Assembly (NCBI GenBank): GCA_022820665.1
Contig: JAJEFB010000004.1
Coordinates: 60,870-124,869, forward strand
Length of the DNA stretch: 64,000 bases
Source of the DNA: Anaerolineae bacterium
Lineage (GTDB): Bacteria > Chloroflexota > Anaerolineae > Aggregatilineales > Phototrophicaceae
Reading direction: 5' to 3'
A program made the translations under genes and the position numbers. Position 1 is the stretch's first letter, and each line of letters starts with the position of its first letter. Shown piece after piece: positions 1 through 10,183 of the stretch. Under the pieces are notes generated by a model. The model was not told where the DNA came from. It did no database searches and saw only the letters and a program-made list of their open reading frames with translations.

Positions 1-281
1 GTCAACGTCGGGCGGTCGCGGAAGTCGCCCAAGCCGTCGCCGCCGTGGAACTCGGCCGCGTCTTCCCAAGCCTGGACCAAGGGACGGTCGATGCCGGCGT
101 ATACCGGCACGTCCCGCTTCATGATTTCGAGGATGGTCAGCACGTTGGGATTGACCTGGCGGATATGCACGTTGCCGGTCAAGGTAGTGATGGCCAGCAC
201 GTCGACATCGGGCTGGGTCAGCGCCAACATGATCGCTTGGGCGTCGTCGACGCCGGCGTCTGTATCAATGATCAGTTTCAT
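1..281 (-). CDS. Nucleoside hydrolase (IUNH family), N-terminal 93 codons only; the rest lies outside the window
   Basis: Absent from the ORF track because there is no stop in the window. Reverse-strand ATG at 281-279 gives MKLIIDTDAGVDDAQAIMLALTQPDVDVLAITTLTGNVH... It carries the DTDxGxDD aspartate cluster and resembles the N-terminus of the 10184..11128 product. Confidence 0.8.
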   Translation of the reverse strand, partial: MKLIIDTDAGVDDAQAIMLALTQPDVDVLAITTLTGNVHIRQVNPNVLTILEIMKRDVPVYAGIDRPLVQAWEDAAEFHGGDGLGDFRDRPTL

Positions 282-453
282 AGTAATTCGCTTCTCTCTC
301 GGCAGATTTATCCACCCTAATATAGCACGGTCAAGTCGCCTGCCATATAAACATCGACCAAGCCAAATCCGTCTAAGCCAGAGCAATCATTAGAGTTAGA
401 CGATTTACACGAAAAAATTCGGATTGAAACTGTGCAAAATATATAAATAACCC

Positions 454-481
454 TTGACTTGTGATAATTTTGTCTTTCAAT
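454..481 (+). promoter_or_regulatory. Putative sigma70-type promoter for the small-peptide pair
   Basis: TTGACT (454-459), 16-nt spacer, TTCAAT (476-481), in an AT-rich stretch about 40 nt upstream of sORF1. Confidence 0.3.
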
Positions 482-519
482 GAGGATGACGATGTTCACG
501 GAATAAGGAGGCGCGAAAA

Positions 520-618
520 ATGCCTGAGTCGGGCCATGTCGAACTGGCAAACGCGCTCGTGATTGTCGTGATTGCCGGGGTCGTCATTCGCGGTTTGCTC
601 TCAAGGAACTGGGGATAA
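520..618 (+). CDS. Small hydrophobic peptide, 32 aa (sORF1)
   Basis: Below the ORF-track size cutoff. AAGGAGG lies 8 nt upstream of ATG 520. Translation: MPESGHVELANALVIVVIAGVVIRGLLSRNWG, i.e. one predicted TM helix and a C-terminal RNW motif shared with sORF2. Confidence 0.4.
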   Translation: MPESGHVELANALVIVVIAGVVIRGLLSRNWG

Positions 619-731
619 CCGCTCATTGATAATAGATAGTTTCACCGTCAGCTCTTTCTTGGTAGATAACTTCTGTTTCTCAGTCAAGATCGGCGGTACA
701 CGAGAAGAACTGAATTGACGAGGAGGCGGAG

Positions 732-833
732 ATGTACGGAGACGATCTGGTAATTGCATTTGATTTGATTGCCTACGCGATTTTGATTCTGGCTTGGGTA
801 TGTCTGTATCGCAATTGGCAAAGCAATTCCTGA
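732..833 (+). CDS. Small hydrophobic peptide, 33 aa (sORF2), paralog-like to sORF1
   Basis: GAGGAGG lies upstream of ATG 732. Translation: MYGDDLVIAFDLIAYAILILAWVCLYRNWQSNS. Same architecture as sORF1: acidic N-terminus, TM helix, RNW. Confidence 0.4.
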   Translation: MYGDDLVIAFDLIAYAILILAWVCLYRNWQSNS

Positions 834-993
834 CATGCTTTTCCGCGGGCTGAGGTCTTGCTGCGTCCTTTACCTGGCCGAAACTGCGCTGTTCCCAATT
901 GGCAGCAATCGAAAGGCGCGGTGATAGCCCGCGCCCCACAAACCAGACGGCGCTTGCTTCGCGGCTCGTAGCGAGCGAGCCCCGTTATCGGAT

Positions 994-1023
994 AGCCCGC
1001 CCGAAAAGGCGGGCTTTTTTATT
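994..1023 (+). terminator. Rho-independent terminator
   Basis: Perfect 8-bp stem AGCCCGCC / GGCGGGCT with a 6-nt loop CGAAAA, followed by a T-run (1015-1020). Confidence 0.7.
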
Positions 1024-1061
1024 GTAGGCTCATGCTAGCGAGCGAATCCCCGGGCTGGATT

Positions 1062-1091
1062 TTGCCCATTCCGAAGAAAAGTGGGTATAAT
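1062..1091 (+). promoter_or_regulatory. Putative promoter of the BMP/ABC nucleoside-transport operon
   Basis: TTGCCC (1062-1067), 18-nt spacer, TATAAT (1086-1091). GGAGG at 1133-1137 precedes ATG 1144. Confidence 0.4.
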
Positions 1092-1143
1092 AGCCAAATC
1101 AGAATTGCATCTGATCAAAGCCAATTTTTAGTGGAGGAATCAA

Positions 1144-2292
<1,149 letters not shown>

Positions 2293-2479
2293 CCCTCATC
2301 CCCAGCCCCCTCTCCCATGAAGGGAGGGGGGGAGTTTACTCGACTCGCAATCTGTCTCAACCATGTGAGGGCCTCGCTCCGATATGGTAGCTGCAATTGC
2401 TTATGAACGTCAGACTTGCAACGATTAAGTCCCTTCCCTGTTGAGGGAGGGGTTTGGGCGGGGGGTGAAATCAGGAATT

Positions 2480-4021
2480 ATGCCCATAATCGAAACCCAA
2501 AACGTCCACAAGATTTATCCCAACGGCGTGCACGCCAACGATGACATCAGTTTCGCGGTCGAGCAGGGGGAGATCCACGCCCTGGTCGGCGAGAACGGCG
2601 CCGGCAAATCCACCTTGATGAAGCTCCTTTATGGCTTGGAGCATCCTTCGTCGGGGCGCATTTTCATCCGCGAACAGGAAGTCGAAATCGGCAACCCGCA
2701 GGTCGCTATCGAGCACGGCATCGGCATGGTGCACCAGAACTTCATGCTGGTGAATTCTTTCACGGTGGCGCAGAACATCATCCTCAATCGCGAGACCAAA
2801 CAGGGCATGTCAATCGACTTTCAGGGCGCTGTCACCGATACGGTGGCGCTATCGGAAGAGTACGGCTTAACTGTCAATCCGGATGCCAAAATCGAGGATA
2901 TCCCGGTGGGCATGCGACAGCGGGTGGAGATCCTCAAGGCGCTTTACCGCGGCGCGGAGATATTGATCCTCGATGAGCCGACCGCTGTCTTGACGCCGAG
3001 CGAGACGCAAGACCTGTTTGCGGCCATCCGCAACCTGGTCGAGGGCGGCAAGACTGTCATCTTCATCACGCACAAACTCAAGGAAGTGATCGAGATATCC
3101 GACCGCGTCACGGTCATGCGCGACGCGCGCGTGATCGGCACGGTCAATACCGCCGAGACGGACGAGCGCGAATTGGCGCGCATGATGGTCGGGCGCGAGG
3201 TCTTCATGCAGGTCGACCGGCCGGAAGTGACGCGCGGCATGCCGGTGCTGGATGTGATTCACTTGACCTATGCCGACGACAGCGGTCATCAACTGCTCAA
3301 ACAGGTCAGTTTCCGCGTCTATGAAAACGAGATTCTGGGCATCGCCGGCGTGGAAGGCAACGGGCAGACCGAACTCGCCGAGGTGCTGACCGGCTTGCGC
3401 CCGCCCACCACGGGAGAAGCCTATATCAGCAACGAACAAATCCTGGGCCACGGTCCTCGTTCTGTGCGCGAGCATCAAGTGGCGCATATACCAGAAGATC
3501 GCCTGACAAACGGCGTCGCCTTGACATCGTCCATCGAAGACAACTTGATTATTGATCGTTATTATCGTGAACCATTTACCCGGCGCGGACTGCTGGATAT
3601 CAAGTCCATCGTCGACAACGGCGCGGACTTGATCCGCGAGTTCAATATCATCGCGCCGAACGGCGCCATCCCGGTCAACGCGCTTTCCGGCGGCAATATG
3701 CAGAAAGTTGTTGTCGCCCGCGAATTGTCCTCGACGCCCAAGCTCTTAATCGCCGCCCAGCCCACGCGCGGCGTCGATATCGGCGCTATCGAGTTCATCC
3801 ATCAGGAATTGGTCGATCAACGCACGGGCGGGCTTGCCATTCTGCTGATTTCGGCCGACCTGCAAGAAGTGATGAAGCTATCCGACCGCATCATGGTGAT
3901 GTACGAGGGCGAGATCGTCGGCATCTTCCCCAATGACGAGAGTCTGACCGAGGAGCGCATTGGCTATTATATGCTGGGCGCCGAACGGCAGGACGCGGCT
4001 GAAATGGAGCGATACGCATGA
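2480..4021 (+). CDS. ABC transporter ATP-binding protein with duplicated cassettes (RbsA/NupA-like)
   Basis: Walker [10 protein letters not shown], Walker [10 protein letters not shown], a second cassette [10 protein letters not shown] and signature [10 protein letters not shown] prefer ATG 2480 (MPIIETQNV...) to the track's TTG 2441, which lies in a repeat. Confidence 0.9.
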   Translation: MPIIETQNVHKIYPNGVHANDDISFAVEQGEIHALVGENGAGKSTLMKLLYGLEHPSSGRIFIREQEVEIGNPQVAIEHGIGMVHQNFMLVNSFTVAQNIILNRETKQGMSIDFQGAVTDTVALSEEYGLTVNPDAKIEDIPVGMRQRVEILKALYRGAEILILDEPTAVLTPSETQDLFAAIRNLVEGGKTVIFITHKLKEVIEISDRVTVMRDARVIGTVNTAETDERELARMMVGREVFMQVDRPEVTRGMPVLDVIHLTYADDSGHQLLKQVSFRVYENEILGIAGVEGNGQTELAEVLTGLRPPTTGEAYISNEQILGHGPRSVREHQVAHIPEDRLTNGVALTSSIEDNLIIDRYYREPFTRRGLLDIKSIVDNGADLIREFNIIAPNGAIPVNALSGGNMQKVVVARELSSTPKLLIAAQPTRGVDIGAIEFIHQELVDQRTGGLAILLISADLQEVMKLSDRIMVMYEGEIVGIFPNDESLTEERIGYYMLGAERQDAAEMERYA

Positions 4022-5718
4022 CATCGTTGCGGACCAACCTCCTGTTGATCGTCGGCGGACTGGCCGGCATCCTGGTCACGCTTTTCATCACCAACACCAT
4101 GTTCGACGGCTCGATGGAAAAGATGACCGGCACCCCAACCTGGCAGAATATCCTGCTGGTCAATGTGCTGGTTGGCGCTTGCATCTTGCTCTTTGTCGTG
4201 GAACTGCGCAGGCAAGCCATACGCGTTTTGCTCACGGTTATTGTGGCGCTCATATTGGGATTCATCGTCACATTCGTCTTTAACCTCGACTCGGCGAATC
4301 GCTTCACCAGCGGAGAGTTCCGCGCGCAGGTGATTTCTGATGCCGAGCCGGTGGACAATGAGGATGTCGACCTGGAATACAACGAGCGCCGAGGCGGGCA
4401 TTTCAATAAACCAAACGTGGTCGCGCCCGTCAGCGAAATCGCTTGGACATTTGCCGGCCGCGAAGGGGACGTCGTCTCTCTGCTTGCCTATGCCAAGAAC
4501 CGCCGTTCCGAGGTCGATGTGCTGGTCGAATTGCGCGATGACACCGGCGCTGTTCTGGCATCCGCCACTTCCGCCACCATGACACAGGTGGATGATGTTT
4601 TTGACGACCTTGTCAGCACGAAAGACGCTGTCATCGAAGGCTACGAGTTGCCCGGCGACGGCATCTACACGCTATATTCACGACCTGAGGAGATCGAGAC
4701 GGGCACGGTGCTCTCCGAAGCGATGAGCCAGTCTCAACTGGCTTTCGAAGCGCTGCTGCTGGGTCCGATCGAGCGCGTCAATCGCTGGGGCGTCTGGATA
4801 CAGGACGCCATCACGCTGATCTTGCTGGGCTTGTCTTTCGCGATTGTCTTTCGCGCGCAGCAGTTCAGCCTGGGCGCTGAAGGGCAGCTCTATTTCGGCG
4901 CCTTGGTATCCGGCATTATCGCGCTCAACTCGCCGCATATTCCGGGCATCCTCTTGATTCCTTTCATCATCCTGGCATCGGGTACGGCGGGTTTCATATA
5001 TGGACTGATACCCGGCGCGCTGAAAGCCTATCTCGGCGCCAATGAACTGGTCTCGACGCTGATGCTCAACGTAATCGCAACGCGCTTCTTCGAGATGGTG
5101 CTCAACTTTCAACTCAAACCGCCTGACGCAGGTTATGTCGCATCAAGCAAATTCACCGACAACGCGATTTTGCCGGTCATCGTGGAAAAGACACAGGTCA
5201 CCATCGGCGTCTTTGTGGTTGTCATCGTCATTTTCATCTCCTGGCTCTTGATCCGGCGCACGCCGCTCGGTTACGAAATTCGCATCATCGGCTCCAACCT
5301 CAAATTTGCCGATTACGGCGGCGTCAACTCGCGACGAACGATCATGCTGGTGATGGCCATCAGCGGTATCGTTGCCGGTTTGGCGGGCATGCACCTGGCG
5401 ACGGGCATCCATCGACAATTGATCTTGAACATATCGTTCGCGCTGGCATTTGAAGGGGTGGTTGTCGCCTTGCTGGCGCGCTTGAATGTGCTGGTGGTGC
5501 CTTTCACCGGCTTGTTGTACGCCTACTTGCGGGCCGGCGCGCAATTCATGGAGCGCGATGCCAATGTCAGCTTCGAAGTGGTGCGCATGATCCAGGCCAT
5601 CATCATCTTGCTGATAACGGCCGAAGCGCTGGTCACTTTCTTCCAACAACGACAGAAACGCGCCGATATCGACGAAAGCGGGCACGCCGTAGCAGCCGTG
5701 GAGGGTAGCGATGTTTGA
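4018..5718 (+). CDS. BMP-type ABC permease with a roughly 250-aa N-terminal extension (TM helices plus a beta-sandwich-like extracytoplasmic domain)
   Basis: The ATGA overlap with the upstream stop suggests translational coupling. The C-terminal ~320 aa look like a YufP/NupB-type permease. The extension contains WTFAGREGDVVSLLAYAKNRRSEVDVLVELRDDTGAVLASA...GIYTLYS, which resembles a pre-peptidase C-terminal (PPC)-type domain. Confidence 0.85.
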   Translation: MTSLRTNLLLIVGGLAGILVTLFITNTMFDGSMEKMTGTPTWQNILLVNVLVGACILLFVVELRRQAIRVLLTVIVALILGFIVTFVFNLDSANRFTSGEFRAQVISDAEPVDNEDVDLEYNERRGGHFNKPNVVAPVSEIAWTFAGREGDVVSLLAYAKNRRSEVDVLVELRDDTGAVLASATSATMTQVDDVFDDLVSTKDAVIEGYELPGDGIYTLYSRPEEIETGTVLSEAMSQSQLAFEALLLGPIERVNRWGVWIQDAITLILLGLSFAIVFRAQQFSLGAEGQLYFGALVSGIIALNSPHIPGILLIPFIILASGTAGFIYGLIPGALKAYLGANELVSTLMLNVIATRFFEMVLNFQLKPPDAGYVASSKFTDNAILPVIVEKTQVTIGVFVVVIVIFISWLLIRRTPLGYEIRIIGSNLKFADYGGVNSRRTIMLVMAISGIVAGLAGMHLATGIHRQLILNISFALAFEGVVVALLARLNVLVVPFTGLLYAYLRAGAQFMERDANVSFEVVRMIQAIIILLITAEALVTFFQQRQKRADIDESGHAVAAVEGSDV

Positions 5719-7096
5719 GAACGTCATTGACGGCATTTTCAGCGCTGTATTTCTCGCCGCCATCCTGCGCGTGACCACGCCGATCCTGCTGCCATCGCTG
5801 GGCGCGCTCATTTCTGAAAAAGCTGGCGTGCTCAACATCGGTCTGGAAGGCATGATGCTGTCCTCGGCCTTCACAGGGGTGGTAGTCAGCGCCTATTCGC
5901 AAGACTGGTTCGGCGCGGAAACCGGCCTGACTATTGGTCCCTGGCTGGGGCTCTTGCTGGGCGTTTGCGTATCGCTGCTCCTGTCCTTCGTGCTCGCGCT
6001 CTTCCACCTGGATCTCAAAGGCGATTTGTTCCTGTCCGGCATCGCGCTGAATATCTTCGGCTCGTCCGCCACTGTCGCCATCATGTTCGAATTGACCGGG
6101 GACCGCGGCAATACCAGCACCCTGGCCAGCTTGCAGATGCCCTTCATTCAACTCCCCGAATTCATCAACCAGATTCCCATCATCGGCGGATTCATCTTCG
6201 GCGTGTTTGACAATCAAAGCGTCATGACCTGGGTGGCATTCATCTCCGTCTTCTTCGTGACATTCTTTCTTTATCGCACGCCCTTCGGCATGCACTTGCG
6301 CGCGGTGGGCGAAAATCCCGAAGCGGCGGCATCGGTCGGCATCAACGTCAAGCGCATCCGCTATCTGGCGCTGTTGATCAGCGGTTTCTTCGCCGGCTTG
6401 GGCGGCATTCACATGAGCATGGGCTACTTGCAGCTCTTCCAGCGCGATATGACGGCGGGTCGCGGTTTTATCGCCCTGGTCACGCCGTCGCTGGGCGGCG
6501 GCACTCCCATCGGCGCCATGATCGCCTCGTCCATCTTCGGCTTTTTCGACGCGCTGGGCATCCGTATTGGCTCGCTGGAGATCCCGTCGCAGTTGCCGCA
6601 GTCGATTCCCTATTTCGCGACCGTCCTGGCGCTGGTGATTTATGCGCTGCAACGGCGCATTTCCCAACGCGTCAGCGAGATGCGCACCGCTTCCGGCGCC
6701 GCTTTCGACGCCGATTTCTGGCGCTCAATCCAGCGCATCAGCATCTTGCACATGTTGCTGATGATGGTGGCGGTCATCGGCGTTGTGACCGGCGTCAGCA
6801 TCCTGGCGGCTCCCAACGGCTTCGGCGGCGCGGATGGCGCGGTCCCGATAGGCTTGCTGATCGGCGCCTTGTCCATCGCGCTCTTCCTCATCAGCCTGCC
6901 CTTCGTCCGCGATATCTTCAAGATTCAGCGGCGTTGGAAAGCCAGCGCGGCCGTGACGGTGATCTCGCTGGGCATCTATCTGACGCTGTTTCTGGCGCTC
7001 TTCTTCGAGCCGATTCTGGCGCTGGTCATCGGGCTGGTCGCCGCTGGCGCGATCTGGCTGATCATCGGCGGGCGGGTGCTGATGCGGGCGGAGTGA
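5711..7096 (+). CDS. BMP-type ABC permease (YufQ/NupC-like) with a roughly 130-aa C-terminal multi-TM extension
   Basis: 8-nt overlap with the upstream gene. Permease core, then about 4 extra hydrophobic helices (ILHMLLMMVAVIGVVTGVSIL..., AIWLIIGGRVLMRAE). Confidence 0.85.
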   Translation: MFENVIDGIFSAVFLAAILRVTTPILLPSLGALISEKAGVLNIGLEGMMLSSAFTGVVVSAYSQDWFGAETGLTIGPWLGLLLGVCVSLLLSFVLALFHLDLKGDLFLSGIALNIFGSSATVAIMFELTGDRGNTSTLASLQMPFIQLPEFINQIPIIGGFIFGVFDNQSVMTWVAFISVFFVTFFLYRTPFGMHLRAVGENPEAAASVGINVKRIRYLALLISGFFAGLGGIHMSMGYLQLFQRDMTAGRGFIALVTPSLGGGTPIGAMIASSIFGFFDALGIRIGSLEIPSQLPQSIPYFATVLALVIYALQRRISQRVSEMRTASGAAFDADFWRSIQRISILHMLLMMVAVIGVVTGVSILAAPNGFGGADGAVPIGLLIGALSIALFLISLPFVRDIFKIQRRWKASAAVTVISLGIYLTLFLALFFEPILALVIGLVAAGAIWLIIGGRVLMRAE

Positions 7097-7100
7097 GCGG
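7047..7100. repeat. Direct repeat copy 1 (native 3-prime end of the permease gene)
   Basis: 54 nt matching 7494-7547 with 4 mismatches. Encodes ...AIWLIIGGRVLMRAE-stop. Confidence 0.9.
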
Positions 7101-7124
7101 AACGGAAGGCGCCTTAAAACCCGG

Positions 7125-7337
7125 TTATGAGCTTTGTATCGCAAACATGATTATTCCAACAATAACACCGGTCGCTATTGCTACCATGATGGCGACAATC
7201 ACGCCCAGAATCCACTTCAGATTATCCAGTTTCGTTTCGATGCGGACGAGTGTTGGGGCAATCTCGCTACGCTTCACATATTCTTCCGCGCGAGTCTCTA
7301 TCCTAGTCAGTCGGTCGTTCATCGTTGCTTCAGTCAT
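7125..7337 (-). CDS. Small coiled-coil plus C-terminal TM protein, 70 aa; architecture reminiscent of XhlA-type membrane proteins
   Basis: MTEATMNDRLTRIETRAEEYVKRSEIAPTLVRIETKLDNLKWILGVIVAIMVAIATGVIVGIIMFAIQSS. A TATAAT and an AAGG lie upstream on the minus strand. It sits inside the 447-bp segment bounded by the direct repeats. Confidence 0.5.
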   Translation of the reverse strand: MTEATMNDRLTRIETRAEEYVKRSEIAPTLVRIETKLDNLKWILGVIVAIMVAIATGVIVGIIMFAIQSS

Positions 7338-7493
7338 GGTCTACCTTGTGAGCCTCGTGTCTGCGAATTATGATATTGTACTCGCATTATATCGGAGATT
7401 ATGCGATTTGCCCATTTTACAGTCGTCGGAAAGAAAACAACTGAAGCGCGTCCCTTTTGCCGACAGGTCTTATTATCAGCCCTGCGATGAGCA

Positions 7494-7547
7494 GCGCGAG
7501 CTGGCTGATCATCGGCGGGCGCGTTCTGATGCGCGCGGAGTGAGCGG
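7494..7547. repeat. Direct repeat copy 2 (orphan 3-prime gene end)
   Basis: Reads SWLIIGGRVLMRAE-stop in frame. 3 of the 4 differences from copy 1 are synonymous third-position changes (cgg/cgc, gtg/gtt, cgg/cgc). Confidence 0.85.
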
Positions 7548-7677
7548 CTGATAGCTTTCGTTCATGTTCTCTTCCTCTTCAATCCGTGATGCTTGCGAGA
7601 GCAGAGAGTTAGCAACTCTGTGTGAGCGCGACGGTAAGATTCGCTGGTTATTTCCCGGGCGGTTTTCTAGGGAAATG

Positions 7678-7702
7678 GTAGGGGCGATCCGCCGGATCGC
7701 CC
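7678..7702. repeat. 25-nt palindromic REP-like element (GTAGGGGCG family)
   Basis: gtaggggcgatccgccggatcgccc. Same head and tail as copies at 39301, 50464, 52212 and 53967, with covarying inner arms. Confidence 0.7.
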
Positions 7703-7801
7703 AGACTTGTTAGGAATCGACTGCGAGCGGCTTTGCCCAGTGATGGGTTGACGCGCCATGTGTGAAATATCCTGATATTGGAAGGAACAAGGCGGTTCCA
7801 C

Positions 7802-8824
7802 ATGACCACGCACGCAAGACATTTGCAAAACAAGATCCTCGGATGCCTATACGGCCAGGCGCTGGGCGATGCCTTCGCCATGCCTTCGCAGGTCCACCCG
7901 GACGATACCGAGCGCAGCTTCGGCTGGCTCGATAGCTGGCAAGACGCGCCCGATGACCACATCGTGCACGCCGGCTTGCCCGCTGGCCGCATCACGGATG
8001 ATTCCGAGCAAGCTTTCTCCATCGCGGCTGCGGTGATTGAGGCTGGCGGCGTGACGCTGGACGCGGTCGTCCACGGATTGGTCAGTTGGTACGACCGCGT
8101 TGGCGGCGATGACTCGCCTTATGTCGGTCCCAGCACCCGGCGCGGCATCAACGCGTTGAAAGCCGGCGGAGATCCGCGTACGACCGGTCTCTGGGGCGAT
8201 ACCAACGGCGCGCCCATGCGCATTGCGCCAATCGGCTTGCTGTACCCGGGCGACATACTCGCCGCGGTCGCCGATGCTGTGATTGTCTGCATGCCCACGC
8301 ACTACACTCAGCCGGCGGTATCGGGCGCCTCTGCAGTGGCGGCGGCAGTGGCGGCGGCGATGCTTGACGGCATCACGTTAGAGGTGGTGCTTGATGCGGG
8401 CTGGAAAGGCGCGCAACTCGGCAGAGCGAAAGGGCGCCCGTGGTTCGGCTGCTTGGTGGATTTCAAGATTGATCAGGCGCTGGATATTGCCGCGAGCGGT
8501 GAGGACGACAGGACGCGCTTGCGTCGGCTCTTTGAAGAGGTGGGCACGACCTTAAACGTGCCGGAAACGGTTGGCGCGGCTTTTGGCCTGCTGGCGATGG
8601 GGAATGGCGATCCCAAGCGAACGGCGATTCTGGCCGCCAATCTGAGCGGCGACGCCGATACCATCGGCGCTATCGCCTGCGCCATGGCTGGCACCTACGC
8701 CGGCTTTGACGCGATTCCGGCCGCAGATGTCGCGGTGTTGGAAAATGACGACGTCTTCCGCAGCTATGATGTGCGCGGTATCGCCGCCGGGCTGGAAACG
8801 CTCATTCACAGATCATTCAGCTGA
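7802..8824 (+). CDS. ADP-ribosylglycohydrolase (ARH/DraG) family protein
   Basis: N-terminal GQALGDAFAMP and C-terminal GDADTIGAIACAMAGTYAG metal-site motifs. ATG 7802 is preferred over the track's TTG 7778. Confidence 0.85.
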   Translation: MTTHARHLQNKILGCLYGQALGDAFAMPSQVHPDDTERSFGWLDSWQDAPDDHIVHAGLPAGRITDDSEQAFSIAAAVIEAGGVTLDAVVHGLVSWYDRVGGDDSPYVGPSTRRGINALKAGGDPRTTGLWGDTNGAPMRIAPIGLLYPGDILAAVADAVIVCMPTHYTQPAVSGASAVAAAVAAAMLDGITLEVVLDAGWKGAQLGRAKGRPWFGCLVDFKIDQALDIAASGEDDRTRLRRLFEEVGTTLNVPETVGAAFGLLAMGNGDPKRTAILAANLSGDADTIGAIACAMAGTYAGFDAIPAADVAVLENDDVFRSYDVRGIAAGLETLIHRSFS

Positions 8825-9780
8825 TGACTAAACGGCTAATTACAGTTGGCGACCTGGTGGTCGATCTACTGCTGGATGTTCGGTTGCCCATCAGGGCTGA
8901 CGACCATCAAATGTCGCCGACGCTGCTGCTGGAACCCGGCGGCGCTTGCAGCACCATCCTGGCGGCGCGCAATCTGGGTTTGGATGTCGCCGCGCTGGGC
9001 GCCGTCGGCGCTGATTTCCAGGGACGGATGCTGCTCGATATTATGGCGGGAGCCGGCGTCGACACGTCGGCGCTGTTGGCGTCCGCGAGCAGTACCACGA
9101 CGACTGTAGTCGCCCTCGCGGATCAGGAAGGCGGCGGGCATGTTTTCCTGGGCAACTATGGCGAAGGACCCGACATCGCGCTGACGGACGCCGCCCGCGA
9201 ACAATTGCGGCGCGCGGATGTCGTCTTTGTCTCGGGTTACTCCCTGGTCGAAGAGCGGCTGCGTCCGCTTATCGACGGCGTTTTGGAGTTTGTCAAGGAC
9301 AGTCCGACGCGGCTGTACGTGGATGTGGGTCCATTTATGAGCCAGTTGACGCGCGCAATGGTGGAGCGCGTCCTGGGTTTGGCGGATGTCCTGCTGCTGA
9401 CCGAAGACGAGATTCCTTTTGTCAGCGATGGGGAAACCGGTATCAAAGCCTGCCGCCGCTTGCTCCAACGCTATCCGTCCCTTTTGATTGTGCTGAAGTT
9501 GGGCGAAATGGGCTGCCGCATTATGGCGCCCGAAATCGACTTGCGCTGCCCCGGCTTTCCGGTCGCGGTCATTGATACCATTGGCGCGGGCGACGTCTAT
9601 GCCGCGGCTTTCATTTGGGCGCGCGCCCAGGGATATGCGCTGGAGGATTGTGGTACTATTGCCAACGCCATGGGCGCCGCGAGCGTCACAAAAGCGGGCG
9701 CCGGTCGCGGGGCGCCGACCCGAAGCGAGGTACAGGCATTGTTGGATAAGCACAAGACAGGATTGCAACTCTCATGCTAA
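8824..9780 (+). CDS. PfkB-family carbohydrate/nucleoside kinase
   Basis: DTIGAGDVYAAAFI (the PfkB GAGD motif). Abuts the ARH gene. Confidence 0.85.
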   Translation: MTKRLITVGDLVVDLLLDVRLPIRADDHQMSPTLLLEPGGACSTILAARNLGLDVAALGAVGADFQGRMLLDIMAGAGVDTSALLASASSTTTTVVALADQEGGGHVFLGNYGEGPDIALTDAAREQLRRADVVFVSGYSLVEERLRPLIDGVLEFVKDSPTRLYVDVGPFMSQLTRAMVERVLGLADVLLLTEDEIPFVSDGETGIKACRRLLQRYPSLLIVLKLGEMGCRIMAPEIDLRCPGFPVAVIDTIGAGDVYAAAFIWARAQGYALEDCGTIANAMGAASVTKAGAGRGAPTRSEVQALLDKHKTGLQLSC

Positions 9781-10181
9781 AGACCGTAGTTTTTGATACG
9801 CCGCGCGGCGATGCCCTGGTTGATATCACAGCGCATGTGCAGCAGGTGATCGATGAAAGCGGCGTAGATGCCGGGCTCTGCGCTATCGTTGTTCCACATA
9901 CTACCGCTGGCATCACCGTCAATTCGGGACTTGATCCCGCCACGCCGAACGATATTCTGGCTGATCTCAAGCGGCTGGTGCCGACGCGGGTCGATTTCGA
10001 GCATCAGTACGATACGCCAGCCGATGCCGCCGGGCATATCAAAGCGACTTTGGTCGGGCATAGCGTGACGCTGGTGATCGAGGAGGGCAAATTGCTGCTC
10101 GGGCACTCGCAAAGCATCCTGTTCTACGAATTCGACGGGCCGCGCAAGCGTCGCGCCCAAGTCAAAATACTGGGAGGATAG
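9774..10181 (+). CDS. YjbQ/UPF0047 family protein (secondary thiamine-phosphate synthase-like)
   Basis: 135 aa, PHTTAGITVNS...GHIKATLVGHS pattern typical of UPF0047. 7-nt overlap with the kinase gene. Confidence 0.8.
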   Translation: MLKTVVFDTPRGDALVDITAHVQQVIDESGVDAGLCAIVVPHTTAGITVNSGLDPATPNDILADLKRLVPTRVDFEHQYDTPADAAGHIKATLVGHSVTLVIEEGKLLLGHSQSILFYEFDGPRKRRAQVKILGG

Positions 10182-10183
10182 CC

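Noticed and set aside
7125-7337. The XhlA-like small membrane protein taken as evidence of a prophage lysis cassette.
   Set aside because: There is no holin, endolysin, integrase or structural gene nearby, and the whole insert is only 447 bp. The family resemblance is architectural only.
6934-7551. 205-aa plus-strand ORF running from inside the permease gene across the insertion to the second direct repeat.
   Set aside because: It is out of frame with the permease and reads through the antisense of the 70-aa gene. It owes its apparent repeated C-terminus (ADHRRA..GVSG) simply to the 54-nt direct repeat.
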